Shown: piece after piece, positions 41,268 through 50,410 of the stretch
How positions within the stretch are numbered: position 1 is the stretch's first letter
Layout of the letters: every line of letters begins with the position of its first letter
Virus record (IMG/VR): IMGVR_UViG_3300018050_000401
Coordinates: 1,721 to 65,720 of that record
Strand: one strand, 5' to 3'
DNA from: a virus
DNA length: 64,000 nucleotides
Made by a program: the position numbers and the translations under genes
The notes under the pieces: generated by a model
Seen by the model: only the letters and a program-made list of their open reading frames with translations
Database searches by the model: none
What the model was told of the DNA's origin: nothing

Positions 41268-41840
41268 TTACTCTTCTTCTTCGCCTAGTATGTAATCAGC
41301 AACACCAAATTCTACAACTTCTTGAGCAGTTAAGTAGACATCAGATGCTGGCAATAATTTGGTTTTGATTTTTGATGGAATTAGACCAGTAGCATCTTTT
41401 AGAATTTGAACCATTTTAGCGTTGAGCGATTCATTTTCTTTCATTTCAGCTTTGATGTCGTGATACTTTGCTTCGACACCTGCGGAAAATTGATGGCACA
41501 TGAAACTGGTATTTTGAGCAGCAAATCGTTCACCTTTGGTGCCGCTGGCAAATATAAGGAACGCTGCGCTCATTACAGCGCCAATACCAATTACCCGTAT
41601 TGAATGGGTTGAGCTGTTCATGACATCGATTAGGGCAAAGGCTTGATACAAGTCTCCGCCTGTCGAATTGATGTACAGAGTCAGGACTTTATCTTTCGAA
41701 TCTAGATTTTCGTAAGTTATCCACTTAATACACTCATTTACATTATCTTCGCTAATCTCGCCTACTAAAAAATGTGTATGATTTTCGAGTAATTTTACGT
41801 CAATGCGATCTTGCGCGGTAAAGTCTTCTAGACGTTTCAC
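41268..41840 (-). CDS. ClpP-family protease paralog (possibly ClpR-like, 190 aa)
   Basis: ClpP fold blocks INSTGG, GIGAVMSAAFLIFASG, FMCHQ. Catalytic Ser register relative to GxASMG is ambiguous. His is present. Confidence 0.7.
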   Translation of the reverse strand: MKRLEDFTAQDRIDVKLLENHTHFLVGEISEDNVNECIKWITYENLDSKDKVLTLYINSTGGDLYQAFALIDVMNSSTHSIRVIGIGAVMSAAFLIFASGTKGERFAAQNTSFMCHQFSAGVEAKYHDIKAEMKENESLNAKMVQILKDATGLIPSKIKTKLLPASDVYLTAQEVVEFGVADYILGEEEE

Positions 41841-41899
41841 GATTGGGCCCTTTGGATTATCTGCGTATATTTATACTTTAACAGAAAATCCAAAAGAAC

Positions 41900-42520
41900 T
41901 CAAGGCCGCTTGGCAATCACTTGATCCGCAAAACCGTATTCTACAGCTTCTTGAGCACTCAAAAATGTATCAAACTTCATGGTTTCAAACAGTTCTTGGT
42001 AAGTTTTGCCTTTGGTATTGTGCTTGACATACAGTTCGGTAAGACGCTTGTTCAGTCTTTTTGACTCTTCAAAGTGTCGTTTTGCGTCTTCAAATTCCAG
42101 TTCCTGTACGTGGATACTACCGCGTGTGCTAGGCGTACCTGAACTAACACGGTGAATCATTGTGCGGCTTTCAGGCAAGACAAATCGCTTGCCTGGTTCG
42201 CCTGCTTGTGCCAGGAACGAGCCCATACTTGCAGCTTGCCCAATAACATAGGTTGCAACCTTTGGTTTGATAAACTGCATGGTGTCATAGATAGCCAGTC
42301 CAGCAGTTACACTACCACCGGGGCTGTTAATGAAGAAATTAATGTCTTCATTACCTTGACTCTCTAGGAATAGTAGTTGGGCTACGATCAGACTAGCCAT
42401 ATGCTCGTCAACATCCGAGTCTAGCATTACAATACGATCCTTGAGCAAACGACTGTAAATGTCGTATGCTCGTTCCCCTTGTGCTTCTTTTTCAATAATA
42501 GTTGGTACCAAACGTGGCAT
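41900..42520 (-). CDS. clpP: ATP-dependent Clp protease proteolytic subunit ClpP
   Basis: Canonical INSPGGSV, GQAASMGSFL (active-site Ser), MIHR (His) and C-terminal Asp region. 206 aa. Confidence 0.85.
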   Translation of the reverse strand: MPRLVPTIIEKEAQGERAYDIYSRLLKDRIVMLDSDVDEHMASLIVAQLLFLESQGNEDINFFINSPGGSVTAGLAIYDTMQFIKPKVATYVIGQAASMGSFLAQAGEPGKRFVLPESRTMIHRVSSGTPSTRGSIHVQELEFEDAKRHFEESKRLNKRLTELYVKHNTKGKTYQELFETMKFDTFLSAQEAVEYGFADQVIAKRP

Positions 42521-42711
42521 TATTCTTCTTCTCCAAAAATATACTTTGCTAACTTCTTTTCAGCAATAGCTTTAGACTCTGGTGTAGCCATAGCACAGTC
42601 AAAACATATTTGTTCATCGTTTGGACCGTATGGTCTGCACTCGTCTATTTTACCGCACAGCTCACAAGCTGAGTCGGGTTCTTGCATTATAAAACCTCGT
42701 CCGCTCATCAT
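42520..42711 (-). CDS. Orphan ClpX-type C4 zinc-binding-domain protein (63 aa)
   Basis: SACELCGK...x16...ICFDCA matches the ClpX N-terminal ZBD (LYCSFCGK...x18...CDEC). No AAA+ domain follows. Start overlaps the ClpP stop (ATGA). Confidence 0.5.
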   Translation of the reverse strand: MMSGRGFIMQEPDSACELCGKIDECRPYGPNDEQICFDCAMATPESKAIAEKKLAKYIFGEEE

Positions 42712-43250
42712 GCAACCTTTTTATGTTCAACTTCTTCTGGTAACGGCAACCCGCCGTCTGGATCGTCATTGGGTCCATCGTCGTCATATAACTGACTTTG
42801 GAAGAATGTAAGTTGGTCAATCATTTGTTGACAACCTGCATGTGTCATTAGTATTTCACTGTAACCCATACTAAACGCAACTCGGTTATTATCGGTTAGA
42901 CCCAAGCGATAGAAAATCTTAGCAGGATCTTCCTTTTTAGGAGGCGTTACTTCAGGCATAGGAGGTACTGCTTTTGGCTTTGGAAGGTTGTAGACATTAC
43001 TTGCTTCGTCTGCGAATTCTTTAGCAGGCTTTTGTCTGAAAAAATTGAACATCTTTTGATCCCAGGTTACATCTAGGTTAATGGAACGCCCTAAAGGGGG
43101 AAACCAAAAGGGCATTGATAGAAAGAAAATATACAACGGTCCTGCCCACGTAAGATCTGCACCGTTGTAAATGCTGAACATTCCTACTACAAAGTAGGCG
43201 ACACTGATATAAAATATCCAGTGTCCGCCTGTTCTTTCGAACAATTTCAT
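42708..43250 (-). CDS. Membrane protein (180 aa), NfeD-like partner candidate of the SPFH protein
   Basis: Two N-terminal TM helices followed by a soluble acidic domain. Sits immediately beside the SPFH gene. Confidence 0.4.
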   Translation of the reverse strand: MKLFERTGGHWIFYISVAYFVVGMFSIYNGADLTWAGPLYIFFLSMPFWFPPLGRSINLDVTWDQKMFNFFRQKPAKEFADEASNVYNLPKPKAVPPMPEVTPPKKEDPAKIFYRLGLTDNNRVAFSMGYSEILMTHAGCQQMIDQLTFFQSQLYDDDGPNDDPDGGLPLPEEVEHKKVA

Positions 43251-44059
43251 TACTTGCCTACATTGACATTAGCGCCTGCGCCAATTACCAAAGTTTGACC
43301 TTTGAAACTAGCAATAGCATCTGCCACTCTCAATGCTGCATCGGCTTGTTTCATACGAGCTTGTGCATCCATATATTGAATAGCACTGGCATTGGTATTC
43401 AAAGCTGCAATACGACGAGCTTCTGCTTCGGCAGTCTTAACTTCGACTTCCTTTTGCTTGAGTTCGTTTTTAGCCTTAACCAAATCGTTAGCTGATGCTA
43501 CAACAGAGTCGGCCGGCACAATATTACGAATAAGGACCTGACCAATAACCAAACTGCCGTCTAGCTTTTCTTCAGCCAATGACTTTTGAATAGTTTCTTT
43601 AATTGCTTGTTCCATCGCCTGACGATTGTCTGCCATGTCCAGTGCTTCGTACTTACGAGCTTCTTTGTAGATAGCGTTACGAGTAGTTTGAACAATGTAG
43701 TTGTACATCAGATAAATGTCACCGTTGTTCCGAGCATGGAATGCCTGACTCTTTTGACTATAAAGTTCAGCAACCTGTGCCTGGTTAATGTTATAGATAA
43801 CTACAGCATCAAGTTCTTTCATTGTGCTATTATCTTTAGCAACAGGAGTCATGTCCTCCAATTTGACGTTAACGTCTTTGATTGGGAATGTAAGAACATC
43901 TCCGATAATAACTTGATTAAAACTACCAGGTAGCAATTCACCTTGCTGTACCTGTTTATCAAAGCCAACACGAACACCAACTTCACCGGTTTCGATACGA
44001 GTACAGCCAGTCATCAAAACAGCGCCAGCTAGAATACCAAGAGTTACAAGACGTTTCAT
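43250..44059 (-). CDS. SPFH/band-7 (prohibitin/HflK-C-like) lipoprotein
   Basis: Lipobox LMTGC. SPFH core with the characteristic Ala/Glu/Arg-rich coiled-coil (EVEVKTAEAEARRIAALNTNASAIQYMDAQARMKQADAAL). Confidence 0.75.
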   Translation of the reverse strand: MKRLVTLGILAGAVLMTGCTRIETGEVGVRVGFDKQVQQGELLPGSFNQVIIGDVLTFPIKDVNVKLEDMTPVAKDNSTMKELDAVVIYNINQAQVAELYSQKSQAFHARNNGDIYLMYNYIVQTTRNAIYKEARKYEALDMADNRQAMEQAIKETIQKSLAEEKLDGSLVIGQVLIRNIVPADSVVASANDLVKAKNELKQKEVEVKTAEAEARRIAALNTNASAIQYMDAQARMKQADAALRVADAIASFKGQTLVIGAGANVNVGK

Positions 44060-44156
44060 TTTAAATAAATCCTTTTACCATAAGAAAGAAGCAAACCACA
44101 AAGCCTAGTACAAAATACAAAGGCCTCAACCAAAAATCGTTAATCATATAAATCCT

Positions 44157-44333
44157 TTAAAAAACGATTACTATTGCAGTCATCACAGTTAGTGCTAACA
44201 GCGAAACAATTATACTGTAAGTGATGGACTTCGTCAAGGTCCATTTTTCCTTACCTTCCATGTTTCTCCAGGCAGTAATGCCAAAGTGAATCAAGACGGC
44301 AAAGATAATAAAAACGATCCAAAGTCTAATCAT
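44157..44333 (-). CDS. Small 2-TM membrane protein (58 aa), not in the ORF track
   Basis: MIRLWIVFIIFAVLIHFGITAW...LLALTVMTAIVIVF. ATGA overlap with the stop of the 190-aa lipoprotein gene. Confidence 0.3.
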   Translation of the reverse strand: MIRLWIVFIIFAVLIHFGITAWRNMEGKEKWTLTKSITYSIIVSLLALTVMTAIVIVF

Positions 44334-44902
44334 TGATTACGCTCCAATTCTTTAAATGCTTCAGGAGCACGTTTCAAAGCCAGCTCACGTTCTGCGTGTG
44401 CTTCTTTGGCCTTGCGTAGGACGTTAGCATCGCCTGTAGGCAGTACAACCAATACATAGGTGTGAATCTTATTACCTGCCTGGATACGCTTAATTTCTTT
44501 TTGCTCAACACCAGTCAAATCAACATTTGGGCAAAAGCTCTTAGTGGCACGTTCATTTACTTGAGTGCGACTATTTTCGCCTTCGGTTGAGTAGACTTTT
44601 GTTTGTTGACTAGTTTTGCCGCCTGCCGCCATACACAGTTTGCCGTAAGCATCTGTCTTGGCGTAAGCATCAGCATCTGCCATGTTAAACGAACTACCAA
44701 AACCGCTTTCATAAACAGCACTGGCGCTAGTTGGTACTTTGTTATACCAGTCAGGGGTCTTGTCCAGAACCTTTTGTTGTGCGTCGGCTTGACGTTCGCG
44801 CTCTGCTTCTGCTCGTTTTAGATAAGGATCGGTAGTACCGCAAGCAGTTAGAGCAACAATAACGGGTAGAAGTAATAGTGTCTTTTTCATTTTAGTCCTC
44901 AA
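44330..44902 (-). CDS. Lipoprotein (190 aa)
   Basis: Lipobox LLLPVIVALTACGT. Secreted, Ala/Lys-rich. Downstream of the entericidin-like ORF in the same operon. Confidence 0.5.
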   Translation of the reverse strand: MRTKMKKTLLLLPVIVALTACGTTDPYLKRAEAERERQADAQQKVLDKTPDWYNKVPTSASAVYESGFGSSFNMADADAYAKTDAYGKLCMAAGGKTSQQTKVYSTEGENSRTQVNERATKSFCPNVDLTGVEQKEIKRIQAGNKIHTYVLVVLPTGDANVLRKAKEAHAERELALKRAPEAFKELERNQ

Positions 44903-45033
44903 TTGGATTTGATTTTAGAAGCAGTCCAGTCAGTACCGGCTTTAATATCTTCGCCTAGTCCTTTGACCAAACCTGCTGATGTACTACAAGCAGAAACAGT
45001 AGCAGCCAAAATAACAGCAATCAATGTTTTCAT
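44899..45033 (-). CDS. Entericidin (EcnA/EcnB)-like small lipoprotein (44 aa), not in the ORF track
   Basis: MKTLIAVILAATVSACSTSAGLVKGLGEDIKAGTDWTASKIKSN: lipobox plus GxGEDIK motif typical of entericidins. ATGA-coupled to the upstream small ORF. Confidence 0.5.
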   Translation of the reverse strand: MKTLIAVILAATVSACSTSAGLVKGLGEDIKAGTDWTASKIKSN

Positions 45034-45191
45034 TTTGACGACTCCTGAACGGTTTTAGTTGCTTCCTTTGCTATCTCTGACACCAATGCTTTACCTTGGG
45101 TGCTTACAAAGTTTACACCATTTGAAAAAACATTAACAACAAATGTAGGTGCCAAAATAACAATTGCCAAAATAACAATCCACTTAGTCAC
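45030..45191 (-). CDS. Small single-TM protein (about 53 aa, GTG start), not in the ORF track
   Basis: GGAGAAGATT-GTG. TKWIVILAIVILAPTFVVNVF hydrophobic helix. Stop overlaps the entericidin-like ATG. Confidence 0.3.
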   Translation of the reverse strand: MTKWIVILAIVILAPTFVVNVFSNGVNFVSTQGKALVSEIAKEATKTVQESSK

Positions 45192-45254
45192 AATCTTCTC
45201 CTGTGTGTGTGTTGCGATAGTGTTAGTATATGTTCTATGTGTTCGAATGTCAAC

Positions 45255-45776
45255 CTACCATTTATCCATAACAGTCCAAAGTTCATCATCGTTCTTACAA
45301 ATTACACCTTTGGACATTTTTCCTTCAAATCGTTCGGTAAAGAAACGACATTTGGTACTATCATGTTTAAAGTATTTTGGTTTTTTGGGATCAAAACTAA
45401 ATTCGTTTTCCATAGCCGTGTCACCAATTTTCCAACGAACTTTGGTTGGTACTGGGCCTTCTTTACAAACAGTATGAACTTCGGTCCTAAAGTCTCCACC
45501 TAATCTTATGTACAGCTCATTCATTCCGTTTTGGATGGCTTTTTGGCAACTAATTTCTGGATCGCCATAATCTTCGTGTGTCCAATCCACATTATGTGTG
45601 TCGCCGTCAACTTTGACGCTGAACTTAACACGACATTTTTGGTGACTCTTTTCTTTCACCAAATTCTCAATATCGCTAACTTGCCTATCTTTAGTCAATT
45701 GGCTGGCTTGCCGCATGGTGCAATCTGCCCAAGCAACATTACTAATCAACAGTAAAGTTATAAGAATAGTTTTCAT
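45255..45776 (-). CDS. Secreted Cys-containing protein (173 aa)
   Basis: Signal peptide MKTILITLLLISNVAWA, 8 Cys in the mature part. Confidence 0.45.
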   Translation of the reverse strand: MKTILITLLLISNVAWADCTMRQASQLTKDRQVSDIENLVKEKSHQKCRVKFSVKVDGDTHNVDWTHEDYGDPEISCQKAIQNGMNELYIRLGGDFRTEVHTVCKEGPVPTKVRWKIGDTAMENEFSFDPKKPKYFKHDSTKCRFFTERFEGKMSKGVICKNDDELWTVMDKW

Positions 45777-46024
45777 TGTTCACAGTTATAAGCAAACCAC
45801 CAAATGTGTTCTTTCAAGAGAGAATGATATGCCTTGTCCTCTCCTTCGAGTTTTTCAGTACTACGATCCATGAATTTTAGACGTAAGATATCCTTGAGAT
45901 CCCAAATTTGGTCAGCACGTTTCTTACAATCTAGCGGATAGTTTTGAAGTTGTTGGTAAGTGGGCAAAGGCTGGCCACTACAGCCAACCAGTGCCGCTGT
46001 CAACAAAACGATTAATGTTTTCAC
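45773..46024 (-). CDS. Small lipoprotein (83 aa)
   Basis: Lipobox LTAALVGCSG. Confidence 0.45.
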   Translation of the reverse strand: MKTLIVLLTAALVGCSGQPLPTYQQLQNYPLDCKKRADQIWDLKDILRLKFMDRSTEKLEGEDKAYHSLLKEHIWWFAYNCEQ

Positions 46025-46470
46025 ACTCTGTGGTCATCAACAAGTTGAACATCGCTAAGACCAGCCAGCATTTGAAACTTTTGCCAAGCGGCCTTAACAC
46101 CTGGGTTTTTATCTAGTTCTTCACTAGGTAGAATTGTTTCCAACCAAATATGCGGGAGCCTGCGTGGGTGAGCACCAAACTTCCTAGGCTCGTGGAACTT
46201 GCCAGATTCTACCAGAGCGATACTAACACTACGGAATTGTTCTTCATCTGCATCAGTATATCCAGCCCACTCTGGATGACTACCACCAAAGAAGCCACGC
46301 ATCATGTTGCCGTCACTGCCACCACCGTAGCCCTGCCAAATACTTTGCCATTGTAGATCATCTCTAGGGTCAAAATCTGTACGAGCAATGATAACAAGAA
46401 CATCGTCAATGTCGACTTTGCCTTCTACAATGTCACGAACGCAACGGCTATAACTAAGACCAATTTTCAC
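46021..46470 (-). CDS. Hypothetical protein (149 aa)
   Basis: ORF coupled to neighbours. No motif recognised. Confidence 0.45.
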   Translation of the reverse strand: MKIGLSYSRCVRDIVEGKVDIDDVLVIIARTDFDPRDDLQWQSIWQGYGGGSDGNMMRGFFGGSHPEWAGYTDADEEQFRSVSIALVESGKFHEPRKFGAHPRRLPHIWLETILPSEELDKNPGVKAAWQKFQMLAGLSDVQLVDDHRV

Positions 46471-46796
46471 TTTATTTCCAATCTTACTTGTTTAATTGAA
46501 TCCCAACGGAAACTTTTCCAATGCTTTGACTCCAAATCGTAAACAGGGCAAACATCTTCGTTTACCTTGCGTTCACGCTTTGGTGCCGGAAAGTTTATTG
46601 GACTGTCAGTGTTAGTATAATGCTTTTCTTCAGTTAAGTCAAGTGGAACAAGCGATGGAGCAGTTGTACACTCCATCACTCGTTCGGTACCATCTTTTTT
46701 GGTAAAGGTTACAGTTACTGGACCAAAAGCCAAATGGCCTTTTAGCCATTTTTTAAATAGTACCAATTCCTGTTCAGTTAGATTCAACTTTTCCAT
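46467..46796 (-). CDS. Hypothetical protein (109 aa)
   Basis: ORF coupled to neighbours. Confidence 0.45.
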   Translation of the reverse strand: MEKLNLTEQELVLFKKWLKGHLAFGPVTVTFTKKDGTERVMECTTAPSLVPLDLTEEKHYTNTDSPINFPAPKRERKVNEDVCPVYDLESKHWKSFRWDSIKQVRLEIK

Positions 46797-46950
46797 TTTG
46801 GCTTTCTAGTTGGTTGACTCGTTCGTTAAGTCGAACGACTTCATACTCTAACTGCTCAATATGAGCCGCTACCTTTTCCATAAACTCTGCGGTGTTATGA
46901 CCGGTACGTCTGATCATATCAACAACAGACAATTTCTGTTCTTCTGCCAT

Positions 46951-47805
46951 TTAAACCTCCAAAATAATGTTAGGGTTCCAGCCAGTGTCCTCGCCGTAAC
47001 CATCGCTTTGGTAACCGCGTGGGTTACATACAACACGGGTCTCGCCTACCATGTAATCAAAACAGTGATGAGTGTGTCCATGTGTCCACAATTTGATTTG
47101 TGGATGATCCAAAATAAACTCACTCAAGTCGCTGTGATAAGCACCGTTCATCAGTGTTTCGTGTGCATACTGTGGATGAACACTTTGGTGACTAGGACTG
47201 TGATGTCCTACAACAACAAATTTTTCATCGTGCTTTTCTGCTATAACAGTTTTGATGTATGCCAGCGTTTCGCGATGCCGCACTACAGTATCCGCAGGCT
47301 TCAGGTTAGTGTAGCCCTTTTCGTCATTTTTAATGATACGGAAGTCGTTCATCATGTCGCGAACAGCGTGAAGTGTAAGCGGATCATATTTGTTCATATC
47401 AGTCCACAAGGTACCACCGATGAAAGTTACATCATCAATTTTAACCGAGTCGCGTTCTAAGAAATGAACATTGGGGAATTTTGCACACTCATCTCTGAGG
47501 TACTGAATACCCTTAACCCATTTGCCGTGATAGAATTCGTGATTACCTGCAACATAGACAACATGTGGAAACAGGTTACTCATACGAGTCAGGAAGTCAC
47601 GGAATGTCTGCACACGCTTCTGCTTACGACCTAGTTCAGCAAATGAACCGTATTCGTAGATGCTAGGAACATGAGGGTGGTCGTGCAGGTCCTCGGCAAT
47701 CATAACATCACCGCCAAGGATCAACACGTCTGCATTGTTCTCGTTTTTAAGTTCGAAGCAGTCTGAAAACTCTAAGTGGAGGTCAGACGCTAGGGTAATT
47801 TTCAT
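46951..47805 (-). CDS. Calcineurin-like metallophosphoesterase
   Basis: SDLHLE, GDV(x)n, GNHEF, and HGHTHH motif series of the MPP superfamily. Confidence 0.8.
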   Translation of the reverse strand: MKITLASDLHLEFSDCFELKNENNADVLILGGDVMIAEDLHDHPHVPSIYEYGSFAELGRKQKRVQTFRDFLTRMSNLFPHVVYVAGNHEFYHGKWVKGIQYLRDECAKFPNVHFLERDSVKIDDVTFIGGTLWTDMNKYDPLTLHAVRDMMNDFRIIKNDEKGYTNLKPADTVVRHRETLAYIKTVIAEKHDEKFVVVGHHSPSHQSVHPQYAHETLMNGAYHSDLSEFILDHPQIKLWTHGHTHHCFDYMVGETRVVCNPRGYQSDGYGEDTGWNPNIILEV

Positions 47806-48352
47806 TTCGTTCTCTTATAAATTGCTGTGCATGTTCTTTGGTAAGTCGGCCAGCTTTGTGCTCTTCGATGGCAAAACGCAACGCTTCTTCAACGAGTTCG
47901 TTGAAAGTTATATCGCGTTCATGTGCCAGTTTCATGTATTTTAACAGTTCTTCATCAGTAAAGTCAACCGGAACTTTTACACGATCATCGTATTCTTCTC
48001 CCCGGACTACTGCACAAATTTTTTCTAAAATATCTTCAGGAACGTCTAAGTCAATGAACTTACTATTGTCTAAACTTTCGGTTGGATCGATCTCGCGTTC
48101 AGATGCTTCTGCAAGAAACGCTTCTTTATAGTCAGGGTGTTGCCAGCGATATTCTTTACGGTTTACATAATCCCACAATTCAACGGCATAGACAAATTGA
48201 TCCTTGCTGTCAAACAGGGCACTAATACTATATTGGTCTTCTTTGTAGGAATCTAGATAACGGGCATCGGGTCCGTAGCAGTTCCAACCGTAATTGGATC
48301 CTTCGGTGATTTTAAATTGAATAGCTTCAAGATATTCTTGTAGTGTAATCAT
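47783..48352 (-). CDS. Hypothetical acidic protein (189 aa)
   Basis: ORF coupled to neighbours. No motif recognised. Confidence 0.45.
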   Translation of the reverse strand: MITLQEYLEAIQFKITEGSNYGWNCYGPDARYLDSYKEDQYSISALFDSKDQFVYAVELWDYVNRKEYRWQHPDYKEAFLAEASEREIDPTESLDNSKFIDLDVPEDILEKICAVVRGEEYDDRVKVPVDFTDEELLKYMKLAHERDITFNELVEEALRFAIEEHKAGRLTKEHAQQFIRERNENYPSV

Positions 48353-48594
48353 TGCAAATTCCTTTTTTCACTGTTATTAAAAGAGTTCATAAGTTGTTCT
48401 ACAACCTCTTCTGGCAGTTCTTCAAAGTCGTCATCGTCTAGTGGACGACTCATTGCTTCTAGTTCTTCTGCGGTTTTACCCTCAAACATTTTTTGAATGT
48501 CTGCAATGAGCTCATCAAGTTCTTCTTGGGTGCCTTCAAAGTTATCAAAGCAACCTGGTGCAAAATTAATTTTCAATTCTTTTTTATCAGTCAT
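48349..48594 (-). CDS. Hypothetical acidic protein (81 aa)
   Basis: Asp/Glu-rich. Overlapping start-stop with neighbours. Confidence 0.4.
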   Translation of the reverse strand: MTDKKELKINFAPGCFDNFEGTQEELDELIADIQKMFEGKTAEELEAMSRPLDDDDFEELPEEVVEQLMNSFNNSEKRNLQ

Positions 48595-49019
48595 AGCTCT
48601 AAGCCATCCTTTCTTGCCTGTTCTTCAATACGAGCCTGACGCTCTGCTTCGTGTACATCACACAAGGTGCGTACCCATCCACCACCACGAGTGGTGCCGA
48701 GCCCGCCACACTCTTCACAAAGGTGTCCAGTCATGCTTTCGGCAAGCCAAACTGCACCGCTAATAAATTCATCGCCGCCTTGATAATAGAAGCGAAGTGT
48801 TCCAAATTTTTCTTTAACTTGTTCTACAATAACTTGCGGGCAAACCTCGCCACGTTTGTGTTTGTTGTCAATATGATTTTGGATAGTTTCTGAAAGTTTT
48901 TCAATCAGAGGATACCATCCTTTGCCAATAGCAAACCCGCCGTACTTTCCACCATACATCTTTGGAAAACGACTTTCCATTCGTTTGGCATAAACTTCGT
49001 ATTCGTGTTCTTCGCTCAT
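48591..49019 (-). CDS. Hypothetical Cys-containing protein (142 aa)
   Basis: CPQV...CEECGG...C pattern, possible metal site. No family assigned. Confidence 0.45.
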   Translation of the reverse strand: MSEEHEYEVYAKRMESRFPKMYGGKYGGFAIGKGWYPLIEKLSETIQNHIDNKHKRGEVCPQVIVEQVKEKFGTLRFYYQGGDEFISGAVWLAESMTGHLCEECGGLGTTRGGGWVRTLCDVHEAERQARIEEQARKDGLEL

Positions 49020-49702
49020 TGCACCGCCTTTACATAGTTTAGTCTAGTCACAGGATTTTCAAATTTCCAATGTTTGTTATGATCTTTTACCTTTGCCTTC
49101 ACAACAACAGCAGGTCCAAGTTTGAGTTCATATTTGCTCATCCAAGAAACCATTTTGTTATTAATTATAGCATCAATGTTAAAAGCATCAAAGTTTTTTG
49201 AACGTTGACATGATAACACTTCGCAGTCCAAGTCTAAAAGACTTTCACCAATGTCTGCTAGATATTCGGCATCGGCTTGTTTAACTTTCTTTTCAACTTG
49301 ATATCTACCATAGTCACGTTTGAATACGCTGGGCAAACAGGCAATAAAACCAAATTTATTTTCTGGGACGTCTGTAGAATTAAGAAGCGCATTAATTTCA
49401 GTTAGAAACTCGTTCTCGCCTTCAACAGCCGCAAACAACAACCTACGATAAAACTTTTGGATTTCGTCCGCCAAGTCTGTGTCTTCTTTATTGGTACATA
49501 GTAAAGGAGGTTTCAACCCGTCGTCTGCTGGTTTGAATATGGCCGGGTCCAGTGTCAGACGCATCAACAGTTTGTTATCCCATTTATAAGCCATGAGCTT
49601 ATTGTCATCGGAATAAACGGGCTCGGTAAATTTAATGTAGTCTTTGTTGATGCGTTGGGCCGCACAAGCCAATTCCAACACCGTTTGGAGTGGGTGATTC
49701 AT
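49016..49702 (-). CDS. Hypothetical protein (228 aa)
   Basis: Long ORF with good coding continuity. Confidence 0.45.
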   Translation of the reverse strand: MNHPLQTVLELACAAQRINKDYIKFTEPVYSDDNKLMAYKWDNKLLMRLTLDPAIFKPADDGLKPPLLCTNKEDTDLADEIQKFYRRLLFAAVEGENEFLTEINALLNSTDVPENKFGFIACLPSVFKRDYGRYQVEKKVKQADAEYLADIGESLLDLDCEVLSCQRSKNFDAFNIDAIINNKMVSWMSKYELKLGPAVVVKAKVKDHNKHWKFENPVTRLNYVKAVQ

Positions 49703-49734
49703 TTCGCTCTTTCAAATTAACAATATGTTATATT

Positions 49735-50409
49735 TTACTGGAAAATGTAGTCAGTGTCAATCTTTTTCAAACGTACATAAACCTTTTTAGCCAAACGTCT
49801 TAAGATTGGACTAACTGGACGTTCAAAATGACTTACATACGCATTTAGGTTTGGGCTGGCAAAATCGCCGTTTATTTTCATTCTAGCCAACGTGGTAAAT
49901 TTGGGCATATACCTCAGCGCACGATGTTTGCCCAAAGTACGACAAAGCTCTATAGCAATACTTAACGCATACGCATCAAGCTCGTCGGGGTCTTGTAAGT
50001 ATTCTCTATAGTGGTAACCCGCATCATGATGATCCCAATATTGTTCATAGTTGCGTTTTCTACTTTGTCGCTGGTGTCTTTTTTCGTGTACCACTGCATC
50101 GTAAACTTGTATTAAAAAGTCTTTGACTTGTCTGATGTCCCACACTTGTTCTTTATTGAAATTATTATTAATAACAACTTCAATTGGAATATCTAGGTTT
50201 TGATCATCGTAGGCGTCATAATATGCGTGAACATAAAACTCAGCAGAGTCTAACGTCTTGTCTTTTCGACTACGTATTTTTAATTCAATGTCGTGGATTT
50301 TAAATTCTTTGCGTAGAGACTTTAGCACCTCAGTAAAGGTCGAACCGTTTGAATTATGTGCCTGCACTTTGTTACATACTAGGCAAACGGTTTCCATTAC
50401 TGAGTTCAT
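49735..50409 (-). CDS. Hypothetical protein (224 aa)
   Basis: HEKRHQRQSRKRNYEQYWDHHD His-rich segment. No family assigned. Confidence 0.45.
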   Translation of the reverse strand: MNSVMETVCLVCNKVQAHNSNGSTFTEVLKSLRKEFKIHDIELKIRSRKDKTLDSAEFYVHAYYDAYDDQNLDIPIEVVINNNFNKEQVWDIRQVKDFLIQVYDAVVHEKRHQRQSRKRNYEQYWDHHDAGYHYREYLQDPDELDAYALSIAIELCRTLGKHRALRYMPKFTTLARMKINGDFASPNLNAYVSHFERPVSPILRRLAKKVYVRLKKIDTDYIFQ

Positions 50410-50410
50410 A

